From NCBI RefSeq assembly GCF_009914755.1, contig NC_060939.1: a DNA stretch of 64,000 nucleotides; one strand, written 5' to 3'. This DNA comes from the human T2T-CHM13v2.0 reference genome, Homo sapiens. A program made the translations under genes and the position numbers. Below are positions 1 through 13,390 of this stretch, one piece after another (position 1 is the stretch's first letter; each line of letters opens with the position of its first letter). The notes beneath the pieces were generated by a model. That model was given only the letters and a program-made list of their open reading frames with translations. It was not told the DNA's origin and searched no databases.

Positions 1-256
1 TCACCCAGGCTGGAGTGCAATGGCGCCATCTCAGCTCACTGCAACCTTGGCTCACTGCAACCTCAGCCTCCGGGGTTCAAGCGATTCGCCTGCCTCAGCC
101 TTCCACGAAGCTGGGATTACAAGCGTGCGTCACCATGCCTGGCTAATTTTTGTATTTTTAGTAGAGATGGAGTTTCACCACGTTGGCCAGGCTGGTCTCG
201 AACTCTTGACCTCAGGTGATCCGACCGCCTCGGCCTCCCACAGTGCTGGGATTACA
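1..256 (-). mobile_element. AluS-type element (runs off window start), internal 16-bp duplication
   Basis: Antisense Alu motifs caggctggagtgca...gctgggattaca. Confidence 0.92.
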
Positions 257-684
257 AAAACACTCTTGAGAATTGAGTGAGACCAAAGCATATTCTCTCC
301 ATGGTGACTACAAAGAACAAGGTGGCTGCAGAAGTTATTTCAACTGGGTTCTAGTTCTAGGAGCGCCACTTCTGAGCTGTTTGACAGTGAGCAAATCACA
401 TAACTTCTCTGATTGTTTTCTTCCTTACAAAGGACAACATTCTGACTCCTGCACAGTGTTGTTGAGAGGGCTAAATGAGGGTCTGTGAGTAAACACTATC
501 CAAAGGAAGGTGATTCTTGCCCTTCTCTTTGGATCATGCAGATGTTGACTTTTAATTTAAAGCTTTACTTTAGATATTGTTGAAGTAGATGTGGCTTCTA
601 ACAGAAGAAAGTTCCAGCCTAACTGAAGATTGTCGTGAACGTGTAGGGATTGATTTTGTGTGACTGTCTCCTCGATCTGTCCAG

Positions 685-798
685 GTTTCCCATGCTCAGC
701 AGGAGTATCTGGAGAATCACATCCAAACCCAGTCGTCTGCCCTGGATCGTTTTAATGCCATGAACTCAGCCTTGGCGTCAGATTCCATTGGCCTGCAG
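685..798 (+). CDS. MYZAP: MYZAP coding exon (probably exon 5), VSHAQQEYLENHIQTQSSALDRFNAMNSALASDSIGLQ
   Basis: Acceptor ctgtccag|GTT, donor CAG|gtactc; 114 nt, phase 0/0; translation matches recalled myozap sequence and joins in frame to the next exon. Confidence 0.95.
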
Positions 799-2247
799 GT
801 ACTCATCTGCTTACTGCTATGACAGGGCAACCCAGCTTAATCAAGAGTGGGGACTGTGCCTTTGCAGAAAAATAAGTCACAGAACATCCTTAGCTCATGA
901 TTCAGAATTCTTTAAGCAGAACCACTGTGAAGACTGTGCCCAGAAGACAGTGTAGGAAACTGAAGGAAGCATTTCCAAGCTGAGACTCTAAGGCTTTGTT
1001 TTTGCTCTCTGAAAAGGAAATTTAGACCCCGAGTTTAGTGTGAGAGATGTTGCTTGCTTCACCAGATACCTGAGTGGTCCTCAGCATCAGTGCCTAACCC
1101 CACACATCAGCCCTCTTCCTCCAGTCCCAGTGCCACAGGAAGTGCCACCTAATCACAGAATAACACAGACTTCACTAAGGACAATCTGTACTCCTTCATG
1201 GCAAGCAATATAAAAAAGGCCTGTAAACACTTTTTTATAATTAGAAATTATTTTGTATCAGAAAGAATCATGGATATTCCACGTCTTGTAGTAGCAGACA
1301 GGGAAACAGAAAGACCCGGTATCTTATATTTGTGAAAATGCATGTTGTTATCTCACTTTGAGGCATTGTTTTCTTGGTTGATTTGGTTTACAGGAGCTAA
1401 CCCTTCAAGTGCTTCCCATTCTTACTCTTACAAGTCCCCTAACATGCAAATTAATTTGAAAATGTTCAAAGCAAAGCATTGTATGTATTTGAAATAGCTT
1501 CCCTTGGTCTTCATTTCCAAATGTATGAACAACAGTTTTTACCTCTCCTCCAAATTTATTTGGCTCTTATCTTTTTATCCTCCTCTCAAAAGTTCCAAAA
1601 CCTATTTCAAATCCTTTCTGGTTCTATATAAGTAATTTTAGATAAATAAATTTTCATGTTGGGATTCTCCACTTCCCCTAATTCTCTGATAACAGTTGGT
1701 ATGGCAGCAGTGACAACAGCAGGGCTCGGCCACTGTCCTGGAGTGGGTCTGGGTGGCCTCGTGTTTGGGGTCATCTGCGATGCCCATTTCTGGTGGGGCT
1801 TCTGAGTCCCACCCTTTTCCTGGCTCTCTTGAGTGTATGCCAGCTTTCCCCTGGCCTCAGGCCAAGCCCCACTGGGTCTGGTTTGCTCAGCAGCCTTTGT
1901 TTTCCCTTCCTCCTGTGGTCGGGGGGGCTTGCCAAGGCTCCCTTTCCTCCCCTTTCGGACGCTGTCTCATTCCCAGCCCACCAGCAAGGGCTTTATCTCA
2001 CCTGAGTTCAGACTTAGTTGGTATTTGTACTACATCTCTGGTTTTTCTTCCCAGAAAGAAAAATATATTTGCCAGTATTTTCTGGCAATTCTTGTGCTTT
2101 GCCATCTGGCCAACACTCTGGCATTTACTGCAGAGGTCAGCTGTTTGAGCTGGGCCAGCTCTGACCCAGGCACCTTGACTGATTCCTAGTTATCATGCAG
2201 GCTCTTAGTCCTGGACAGCCAAAGGAGCCTTATAGCTAAAACCGCTG

Positions 2248-2355
2248 AGAGAAACAGAAAGAGAGAGACAAAGAGAGAGGGAGAGGGAGGGGGAGGGGGA
2301 GGGGGAGGGGAGGGGAAGGGGGAGGAGGAGGAGGAGGAGAAGGAGAAGGAGAAGC
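2248..2355 (+). repeat. Purine-rich simple repeat (GA)n/(GGGGA)n/(GGA)n
   Basis: Direct reading. Confidence 0.9.
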
Positions 2356-2589
2356 CATCTCACAGCAGGAAACTCAACCTGGTAGAGGAAGAGGGCTGAT
2401 GCACGGTGTTAGGCACTGATGCTGAGGACCACTCGAGTACCTGGTGGACCGAGTCTGAAGAGAGCTGGCTTCTTCCTTATGCAAGACCCCAGCCTCTTCC
2501 ACTGGCCCACTCTGTCCACTTTCATTATTATTGACAGGGAGACCAGACCCTTGGTTTGATTCCATAGAATGTCAGAGCTAGAAAGAACT

Positions 2590-2715
2590 GAGAGGATCTC
2601 AGTTTTATGAATAGACAAACTGAGGCCGACAGAGAGAAATGACATGAGCAAGATGCCTACCTAGTGACAGAGCCAGGATTAGAAAAATCCTGGTCTCTTG
2701 GACCAGAGTGTAGGT
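2590..2715 (-). mobile_element. MIR fragment
   Basis: aaactgaggc...cagagccaggatt antisense MIR core. Confidence 0.6.
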
Positions 2716-3162
2716 TTTTGTGTGGATACACGAGTAGAATCTGTGAAGCCAGTGGGGCTGGGGGAGTGGGTGGCTGGTCTAGGTGGTTTCTAAAGCCCCT
2801 TGAAGCTCAAATGTTCTGTGACTCCATGCTTCCAAATAGCTTCAGTATTTTCTTTAGTATCTAATCACCTCCTTCAGAAATTCTTTTTCTTGATTCAAGT
2901 AGGTTTAGGAGTGAAAGGCTTATATTGTCCAAAGTAGAGGCTGAGGAATTGAGGAAGCTTCAGAGACTGATCATCTAGACAAGAGCACAGAGGTGTTAGA
3001 AACAGTGCCCAACACCAGGGTTTTCACATCTTCTAATGTGAAATTGTAGATGACTGGGGACACAGTAGAAGATGACTTTCCAACGGCACAGATTCTGTGG
3101 AGGCCATTTATCTCTAAGGAGAGTTAACCAAGTAGAAACCAAAGCAGTAAATAGCACCACCA

Positions 3163-3458
3163 TTTTTTTCTTTTTCTTTTTTATTATTTTTTTAGAGATG
3201 GGGTCTTGCTCTGTTGCGCAGGCTGGAGTGCAGCAGTGTGATATAGTTCACTGCAGCCTTGACCTCCTAGGCTCAAGTGATCCTCATGCCTCAGCCTCCT
3301 GGGTAGCTGGGGCTACAGGTACACACAACCATGTCTAGCTGGTTTTTAAATTTTTTTTGTAGTTGCCCAGGCTAGTCTTGAACTCCAGGCTCAGGTGCTC
3401 CTCCCACCTCGGCCTCCCAAAGTGCTGGGATTACAGTCATGAGCCATCACGCATGGCC
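3163..3458 (-). mobile_element. AluJ-type element with small internal deletion
   Basis: Poly-T head, cagccttgacctcc/ggctcaagtgatcc J-type motifs. Confidence 0.88.
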
Positions 3459-3708
3459 AACACTATTGATTTAAACATCCTTGCTTCAGTGCGGCCTGGA
3501 GCAAAAATTACTTGTGCGGCTTGGAGCAAAAATCACTTGTCTGCATTACCAAATTCTGTTCCTTAGTACTTCTTTATTACTACCCTTCTCTGCCTAAGGG
3601 AGGAAGGTGAAATGTTTGCAGGTATGTGAGTATTCTCAGTCACATTGTCACTATCCTGGCAGGCAGTCTAGAAGCGCAGAAGGGATAGCTCTTTTAAGAA
3701 AAAAGGGA

Positions 3709-4044
<336 letters not shown>

Positions 4045-4349
4045 CTATAAAGCTCGTATTTTGTTTTCTGATTTCATTGTGGCAATTTGGGAAATACAGA
4101 AAAAATAAATAAGAAAATAGATACCCATAGCCCTATCACATAGTGAAAACTATCATTCAGATTTCCTCCTGGTCTTTTTCCCCCCAGTGCATAAACATAT
4201 ATTTGAACCAATGCTTATACATATTTTTCAAAATGGGATTATACTATACTTACTATTTTCAAAAGCTGTTTTTTTTCCCATGTGAAATGATGTATTATAA
4301 TACTTTTCCTTGGAAGGACTCCATTTTAATCCATTTCCATCCATCCTAA

Positions 4350-5246
<897 letters not shown>

Positions 5247-7340
5247 TAGACACTCACCATGGTGCTGTTGTTATGTAACTGAGAAGACGCTTGGGATGCC
5301 CACAGATCTGGGACGTCAGAAGCCTTGGAGATCTCTTCCTTCACTGTTTAGATTTTCTTTGAGGTCCCAAGGCCTTTCTGTTTGGCTTGACAATAAAGAG
5401 CTGAGGGGCACACAAATAGCTGGTACTTGGGCTGTACCCCAAGTACAATATTCTCAAGAAGAAAATTGGTGGGTGACTAGGGACACTGGGGAATGTCCCA
5501 TTTGGCCCCCTAGGCTGGGAGCATTCCTTAGCTGAACTTCTAATGCCCTAGAGGCATTAGTGCCCCTCCCAAATTTAAACTGTGGATAGACTTCCTACCC
5601 GGTGACAGGAGCAGATCCATGAATGGCTCCTGGAGGGCACTTAATAAATTATATCTTGGATGAATTCCTTTTTATGTAAGTCTGTGGTTTGAAAATTTTG
5701 CTCAGCACAGACTTAGGCTATCTTATGAGTAGCGTATCCACATAGTTTATTGCTCAAAGCAGAATATGTGAGGGAGTGAAAGGTGGTACTATTGGTAATT
5801 TAGTTAGGGAGACAAACTGGGAAGTGTGGGCCCCTTCACAGGGGTAGGCTGGGTGGGGAAGAGGGGCTGCCGGTCCACCGCCCGGTCTCTGTATTGCCGC
5901 CCTGGGGATCTGCTGCCAGTTCACTTGGCCTGCCACAGCCATGGGACAGATCATCTCCTCTGTATGTTCACTTCTAATAGGGCAGCTCTTCTTTTCCGTG
6001 TAAGAGTTACTTTCTCAGTAAGAGTTACTTGGGGGGTGAAAAAAGTTTATGTTGCTAAAAAAGCCTGAAATTACTGATTTAAGTAATTTTTTTTCAGCTT
6101 AGGGGATTTATTCAATCATTCAGTCCACAAATATTTATTGAGTGTCTACTCTATGTGTGTGTCCTGTTCAGTCCTGTTGGTTCCAGAGGTGGCCTGTCAC
6201 CAGGCATCTGGGGACATCATTAGGCTGCTTGGCAATCTGGCTGCTTCCCTGGAGTCCAGGCCTTTAACTCCAGCCCACAGTTGCCTGTTTTAGAGACTGA
6301 TGCTTGTTTTCATCCTGACAGTGGAGTTAAAAAGGTTTCTCCTACTCCTCCTATTTTACTCCCCAAATTGGAAAAAAAAAAAAAAGCTTCAGGAACTCAG
6401 GGTATGTTACATGACCTGGATGCAGAGTGAATGGGCCTCCAGGGACAGAGCCCTTCCAGCAAGCTGTGCGTGCACTGCAAATGGAGCACACAGCACACAG
6501 GGTCTCTCTCAGCTGGTCATAAGCTCTGCTCAGGACTTTCCACTTTGGAACTTCTTGGTGCCAACACTTACCCAGTGATGAGAAGGGAGAAGTCAAGGGC
6601 GTCAAGAGAGACTTGTCACATCTTGGAAATAACATCATGTAACCTATTGAGTTTGAAGAATGCTTCCCTTTTCCAGAGTTTAGGTATGCAGCAAACTCAG
6701 CTCTCTGCAATAGGCGATAACCTGGAAGGAGGGGATGAGAGCAAACTTTCTGCAGCATAAAATCAATGGCGGGAAGTCTGTGTGTGAGAACGTGGCCTGG
6801 CAAACAGGAGGCACCAGCCACCACCAACCTAAGCCCTGCCCACCTGCAACTCCACTGACTTTTTCTCACCTCCTAAGCCAGGCCTGCTTCAGTACTAGGG
6901 GTGCCAGCTTAGTGTTCCCCATGCTAGGTTGGAATGTTTCCAAAAGCAACATTTAGGAAAGCACAAGGGTATGGAAAGGGTGAGTCCAGATTTCTCCTTT
7001 GAGCTTAGCTGGTCTTACCTAGAAACTGGCTTGGCCAATGCAACTGATGAGATTGCGTAGAGAAATAAGTTTCTACCTTTTGAAAAAGTCACTCATGTGG
7101 AGCATACCTTTGTCCTGAGAATGCCCCCAAAATTCGTGTGAAATGCCACTTTTATTTTTCTGTGGCTCTGCTCACCCCTCTTCCTCCCTTTCCCTGTTAG
7201 GTCTTGCTGTGTCTCTCTGCTGCAGAACCCAGTGGATGGGCTCACTACCTCTGTGAGTCCCCACATGAAATGTGCAGTGGAAGCTGCCAATTCCTCTGGG
7301 CCCTGCAAAAGCTGTCGTTCTGAAATGAGTCTCGTTGTAG

Positions 7341-7466
7341 GTGGAATCGTCCCAAGAAGCCAATGCTGAGGTGATGCGAGAGATGACCAAGAAGCTGTAC
7401 AGCCAGTATGAGGAGAAGCTGCAGGAAGAACAGAGGAAGCACAGTGCTGAGAAGGAGGCTCTTTTG
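7341..7466 (+). CDS. MYZAP: MYZAP coding exon (probably 7), VESSQEANAEVMREM...SAEKEALL
   Basis: Acceptor ctcgttgtag|GTG, donor TTG|gtgtgt; 126 nt, phase 0/0. Confidence 0.95.
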
Positions 7467-8519
7467 GTGTGTGTGTTGTAGCTGCCGATGTAAACTTACC
7501 GGGAATTGTTGGTTCATTATTGTTGGTGATGTATACGTAGTAGTGTTTATTCTTAGAGGTGGGTCAGTAGACTCAGCCATGGGTAAGGGATCAAGGAATT
7601 ATTCATCTGCTCATTCACTCCCCTCCCCTCTTCCCCTCTGCCTTTATTCATCCCCGTCTCTACTCAGAATAGCCCCTTGTCTCTGTCTCTAAATACACAC
7701 CTTTTTCTAGCTCATCTGACAATTTGCCAGCATCTAAGCAAACCCTGGGCTTGCCCGCAGCTGTGCCCTCCCTCCCTCCATTTGGTTCTCTCTACCTGAA
7801 ATTTCCTCCTTCCCTATCTTTGATCTTGCCTAAGCTCCCTAAAAGCCTTAAATGCCACTCTCTCCATGCCTGGAGTCTCTTCCAGTCATGGAGCCAGAAG
7901 CATTATCTGTCCTTAGGAAGCTCACTCACTCTCTCTCTGCTTTTACTTTGGAATTCTTTTATACCTGCCATTAGAGTGGGGCTGTGCGTCTCACATCTTG
8001 GCTTTTCCAGGAGATTATAAGTTCCTGAAGGCGGGGACTCCGTGTCTGGCTCATCTGTGTCCGTAGAGGCTTAATACATGTTCTGATGATTGACTGGGTT
8101 TTCTTGTTAGTAATGAGCTGATGTATTGCATTATGGGAGAAGGATCTGGGAATTCTGCATTCAATTCCAGATCTGGTTCTAATTCCCTTACACTTCTGGC
8201 AAATACAGTGACATTCTGAGCATCTACTCAATGTTATTAAACATTTGTAGGCCTCTTTTACACCTTTTGGATATAAAGACTTAAGGGAAAAAAGGGAAAA
8301 AAATGTAGTGAGGCCCATTAACCAGCCACATGATGTATCTTTATTCATAGGTGAGAACCAGAACCGTGAGGTTGAGTTCATGATCTGTGAGACACTTTCA
8401 GGTTCCAAGGTCATGTTTTAAAGAGAAATCGTGATCTAGCAAGGCCTGAGCTGATTGGATCCCGGTGAGTAGCCTCGGTACTCCATGCCTGTACTTAGGA
8501 GGGTATATTTCTTTTGCAG

Positions 8520-8648
8520 GAAGAAACCAATAGTTTTCTGAAAGCGATTGAAGAAGCCAATAAAAAGATGCAAGCAGCAGAGATCAGCCTAGAGGAGAAA
8601 GACCAGAGGATCGGGGAGCTGGACAGGCTGATTGAGCGCATGGAAAAG
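8520..8648 (+). CDS. MYZAP: MYZAP coding exon (probably 8), EETNSFLKAIEEANKK...LIERMEK
   Basis: Acceptor tttcttttgcag|GAA, donor AAG|gtagga; 129 nt, phase 0/0; in ORF 8514..8867. Confidence 0.96.
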
Positions 8649-9994
8649 GTAGGACACAGCGTTGGGCCTATTGCCCACTTGCCCAAACTTTTCCCTGTAG
8701 GTCCATCTGAGATACGAGAGGCCCTGGATATGGATTCCTCTCACCTCCAAAATTTGCAATTAAAAAAAAAAAGACAAAGCTATAAAATAAAGTATAAGGA
8801 AGTCCAACAACGTTCTCATTTTTCCCATGATAACTATTTTGATGCTTTTAAAAAATATTACTTGTGAAATTCTTTAGAAAAATTAATATTTTAGCAGCCT
8901 TGCTTTGCTGGTGCCCCAGGTGTGAACTTAGTTTATCCATTGAATTATCAAGCCCTATTTAGGTGTTACATCAACACAGCAGCCCTGTTGTTTCTGGGGC
9001 ATGTGTCTCAAGGGTTGGCTTTTCCTTGACACGCTGGGGACTTGAGAGAGTAGGGAGGCCCCATTTCTCTAGGTGTTGTAAGCAGGCTGGTGAGTGTGGT
9101 GGGGGAACCTGAGGAAGGCGGGAGCTCAGCTGGGATAATGAAGCCTGTCTAGTGAAAGGGAAGAGGCCAGGAATTAAGTAGGAAGTGGAGGAAGGGGAGG
9201 AAGTGGTGGGAGAAAGGAAAGAGGAAAAGAAGGAAGAGAAGGAAGAGAAAGGATGGGTGACCTTTAGCAGGTGACGGCTGACTTCTGGACCCAGGAGTTC
9301 AGGGCCAAGTCTGTGGCTGGTTTCTGGGAATGGCTCCCTGGCTGCATATGAGTTTGCAGAGAGCAGTGACCTGCCAAGACCCTGACATTATTAGCACCCT
9401 GTGACTCATTCGGGATGCCAAGAATCTCCAATCTGATGATGGAGGCAGAGGTGGGGCAGCAAGAGCAAGGTCACTGTCAGGCTTCATGTGATGCTGAGAA
9501 GAGGTCGCCTTAGCTCATGGTGTTTGCAGCATAAGCCCCTGTACTGTCCCCTCATAAGGCGAGGTGTCGCCACTATGGGAACTGCATGAAATTCAGTTCT
9601 CTGGAGCTTCAGAGCTCACTGGGTGCTTCGTTTTAGCTCTTTAGCTTTTTACTTGGGAGAGACTTGGGCAAACTAAAGAGTCAATTACAATCTCCCTTCT
9701 ACCCCCTGGGAAAACAGAATCCCATCTTTTATTGAAGAGTAGGTGATTGGCTTAGTCAGGACTAACATTAGTATTGACCAGAGGGGGTGGTGGTGAAGAT
9801 TGGGCAACAAGGGAGCTTTCTAGAGCTTGAGTGAGCTTCCTCCCACATTATTGTCCTCCTACAACAGCAGAAGATCCCAGTTAACTCAGATGCTCTCTCT
9901 CTGGGCAGCAGGTTTTTCTGCAGCGTAAAGAAGCAAGGTGAGCCGGCAGCATAGCAGGGTGGTCTGGGGGAGATGCCGTCATACAGAGAATCCA

Positions 9995-10235
9995 CAGGTA
10001 GTGGTCATGAACATAGGCTTTAGAATCAGACAGTCTGGGGATTTGAATCTTGTGTCTCTTTGTAGTTGTTTGCACTTACTTGGTTTTTCCTAACTCAATC
10101 TCCACTTCTGTAAAATGCTGATAATGGTACTTCTTATTCTTAGGGCTTTTGTGAGCAATAAATGAGAAAAATCCACGCCAAGTGCTAAGCATGGTTCCTC
10201 GTATATAGTAAGGTTTCGATCATTTGTGGCTATGA
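9995..10235 (+). mobile_element. MIR
   Basis: ggctttagaatcagac...ctgtaaaatgctgataat...aaatgaga...tatagtaagg. Confidence 0.7.
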
Positions 10236-10854
10236 TTTTTACTCTGTTACGAGGTTGCCTAAATGTCTACCCTCAGAGTCAGGTTGTCTTTAGCACGACC
10301 CATTTTATGCTTATCTTCATTGCTGTCTTGAGGTTCTGAAAGTTTCTTGTCTTTCCCCACTGATTTTCACATGGAGCCCTCATGTGGGATGAATGGGTAG
10401 AGCCAGGAAGCTGGTAAGGCCAGCCCTCCCTGCCAGCATTTAGGAAACACAAAACCTTCCCCAAGTGGTGTTGGCTTCTTCTTTAGTGATTGGAAATGTA
10501 TTGTCCTTTCTCTAAATCTTCCTTTCCATTTAGGCTAGAGAAATGCTCTATTTATTGAACTAACATTAGGTAGGCCAATTTACACTGTTTCCTTTTCAGG
10601 GATAAATCTGTGAGAGCAGGAATCTGGCCAAATCCCTGTCTCACACTACGTGAACGGCATGTCCTAGGCAGGGCTGTGGCAGTGTACGTATCCTGCTCTC
10701 AGTTTTGGATTTTGCTCAAGGACAAACCATGTGCTTTTGAATGGCTTCTCTGCCATATGCCTTAGTTTACTGTTTCTCTTGCTGAGCACTGTATTTCAAA
10801 CACCTTTTTTTCTGATCAGTAAAAATCTTTTAAGGAGTGTTCTCTACCAGGGAC

Positions 10855-10985
10855 CCTTCTGGGGAACAGATAATAGTCTATGCCATAATCTGGGCAGTGG
10901 TTTCACAGGTGTTTACAAATGTAAGAAATAATTGTGCAGTGTACACTTAAGATTTATTGTACCTCAATTTAAAACAAATTTTAAA
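10855..10985 (+). mobile_element. Old L1M 3'-end fragment
   Basis: ttctgggg...gtggtttcacaggtgt...gtacacttaagattt...acctcaat. Confidence 0.6.
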
Positions 10986-11719
10986 AGTGTGCTGTAAGTT
11001 AGACCTTGCTCTACTTTATGACAGCCTTTTTCTTTCTTGTTTTTTGTTTTTTTTTTCTTTTTGGAGGGAGGCATTCACTTGTGAAAGCTTTTATCACTGT
11101 TATTTCGGGGCTAATGTAAAACTTCCAACCACATAGGGGCAGGAGGAATGTTCTGCTCAGGCCAGGCCATAAGAATGTGCATTTGCTGTAGAGATTTAAA
11201 AACAGTAACAAAACCCCAGTCAAAGTTGATCTACCTTTGTTATTTTAAATATTTCAGAGATAATATATTCTTCCTGCTTAAGGTGGACTGCTTCCCCACC
11301 CCTTTGGCCTACCTCTTGGTATACCACTGCTTATAGCTTCAGAAGTTGTGGCAGTTAAATTTTCAAAGATTTGCTTTTAATAATTTGGTAGAAAAGAGGT
11401 TTGGAATCTATGTAGCTAGTAAGAGTTTGCTGGGTGGAATTTCCGAACATAAAGATGAGGAACATTAGTTCTTAGAGAAGGACCTAAAGTAAAATAATCT
11501 CCCAATTAGTGAGCGTTATTTGATAAACTTGCATTTTAAGGAAATTTGTTACACTAACATCTGTAATGTATTTTTAGCACAATTTCGGTTATGACAGGCA
11601 CCATGTTTTTATGAACATTTTTCAGCTTTGTCCAAAGAAATGATTCCAGACTCTTTTTTGGGCAAACTTCTAAATATACATATATATAGCAAAGTGTACA
11701 AAGTGCACGGCTTAGTGCG

Positions 11720-12162
11720 CGTATGTTTCCTATTGCTACCATAGCAAATTTCCACAAGGTTAGTGGCTTAAAACAACACAAATGTATTATGTTCCATTCC
11801 TAGAGGTCAGAAGTGCTAAAATCCAGGTGTTGGCAGAGCTGGATTCCTTTTGGAAGCTCTAGAAGGGAATGCATTTCCCTGCCTTCTCTAACTTCTGGAG
11901 GCCACCTGTACTCCTCAACTTGTGGCCCCCTCCTGCAGCTTCAGAGGCAGTAGCAGAGCATCTTCCAGGCTCCTTCTCTCTGATTCTAACCCTGCTGCCT
12001 CCTCCTCCTTAGAAGGGCCCAACTGGATAACCCAGGATCTCCCCATTTTAAGATCTTTAACTTAATCACATCTGCAGAATTCCTTTCTCCATGTAAGATA
12101 ACACATAGGATTCAGGAATCAGGACATGGACATCTTTGGAGGGCCATGAATCTGACCACAAC
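11720..12162 (-). mobile_element. MLT1 (MaLR) solo LTR nested in an L1M 3'-end fragment (~11660-12240)
   Basis: gtttcctattgctaccatagcaaatttccacaa...gcttaaaacaacaca...atcacatctgca...ggacatctttggaggg. Confidence 0.85.
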
Positions 12163-12601
12163 ATATTTTTACAAGTGAATACACCTGTGTAAACACCACA
12201 AGTTAGAATATAGGATATTGCCAGAATCCCAGAGCCTCTTTTCTTGATGATTCAGAAAATAATAAAGAATTTTGCAGTATCACAAGCCACCAGTTTAAAG
12301 TATTGATAATCAGTATTTGGGGCTATAAATTTTCACTGATCCTGGGCTGATGGAATACTTTGGAAAATGAATCTTGAATGGTTTTATTTAGGATGTTTTG
12401 TCTCTGACCCATAAATATATCTATAAATACACAACAACAGACTTGGCAGTTTTGAGCCTTGTTTGGGCTTTGCTGAGCAGGTGTGTAAAACCCAGGGGGT
12501 GTCATATAGACTTGGACTCCCTAGTGCTAGAATTGCTAAATAGACATTCTCTGTCAAACTTGGGATCCATTGATTAAAATATCAGTTTCTGTTTGTTTTA
12601 G

Positions 12602-12681
12602 GAACGTCATCAACTGCAACTTCAACTCCTAGAACATGAAACAGAAATGTCTGGGGAGTTAACTGATTCTGACAAGGAAAG
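12602..12681 (+). CDS. MYZAP: MYZAP coding exon (probably 9), ERHQLQLQLLEHETEMSGELTDSDKE(R)
   Basis: Acceptor tttgttttag|GAA, donor AAG|gtaaga; 80 nt, phase 0/2. Confidence 0.95.
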
Positions 12682-13189
12682 GTAAGACGTAATGCCTTTC
12701 GTCTTGTAATGGATTTAGGTTGTGGACACGCTGTGTTTTTATGACCTCATTTGACCCTTACATTTTCATTTGTGTGGTTGTACCTTATTACAGACTTAAG
12801 CATACATAACATTGGGCTGAGAGTTTCCAATATGGAACAAGTTTCTTTGGAAGCCTCCAGCCACATCCTGCAGATCATGGCTGGTTGTTAGTGTAGTGGA
12901 ACACATCAAATACTTTCACAAGTGCAAAAGTTTGGTCTATTAATGTTCTCCATGGCCTTGAACTCCACAGGATACACCTTGTTGATGAGAAAACTCATCA
13001 GCTGTGACTAATACCACTTGCTTTGGAAACCAATTTAAAACATCTTTCTTTGTTTCCAAACTTTGCTTAGTAAAACCTTGCATTATCCTCTGGCAGTGAG
13101 TATATAAAGCCCTACATGAAAAACACGGAATAGTACGCTGTCTGTTCTAGAAATCAAAATGCAGAGAGGCCATTCAGGGGTCTCTAGTG

Positions 13190-13390
13190 AAGGAAAACAA
13201 GGTTGAGATGATTTGAGTGTTTTGGGCAAGTGACTTAACCTCCCTGAGTCTTGCTTGTGCCACATGGAAATTCATCTTTAAACGGGGGAGACGGGTATGA
13301 CGGTGATAACAGTGCCCATCTCACTAGGTTACTGTTGTTAAGAGAACTATTGGGCTTGCTGCCTGCCAAATAGTACGTGCTGAAAAAATA
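13190..13390 (+). mobile_element. MIR
   Basis: ttgggcaagtgacttaacctccctgagtct core. Confidence 0.65.

Noticed and set aside
20-280. Alu-derived ORFs (also 3725-3996, 35166-35388, 43802-44014, 53030-53293, 56454-56773, 58684-59073)
   Set aside because: Standard Alu translations, not genes
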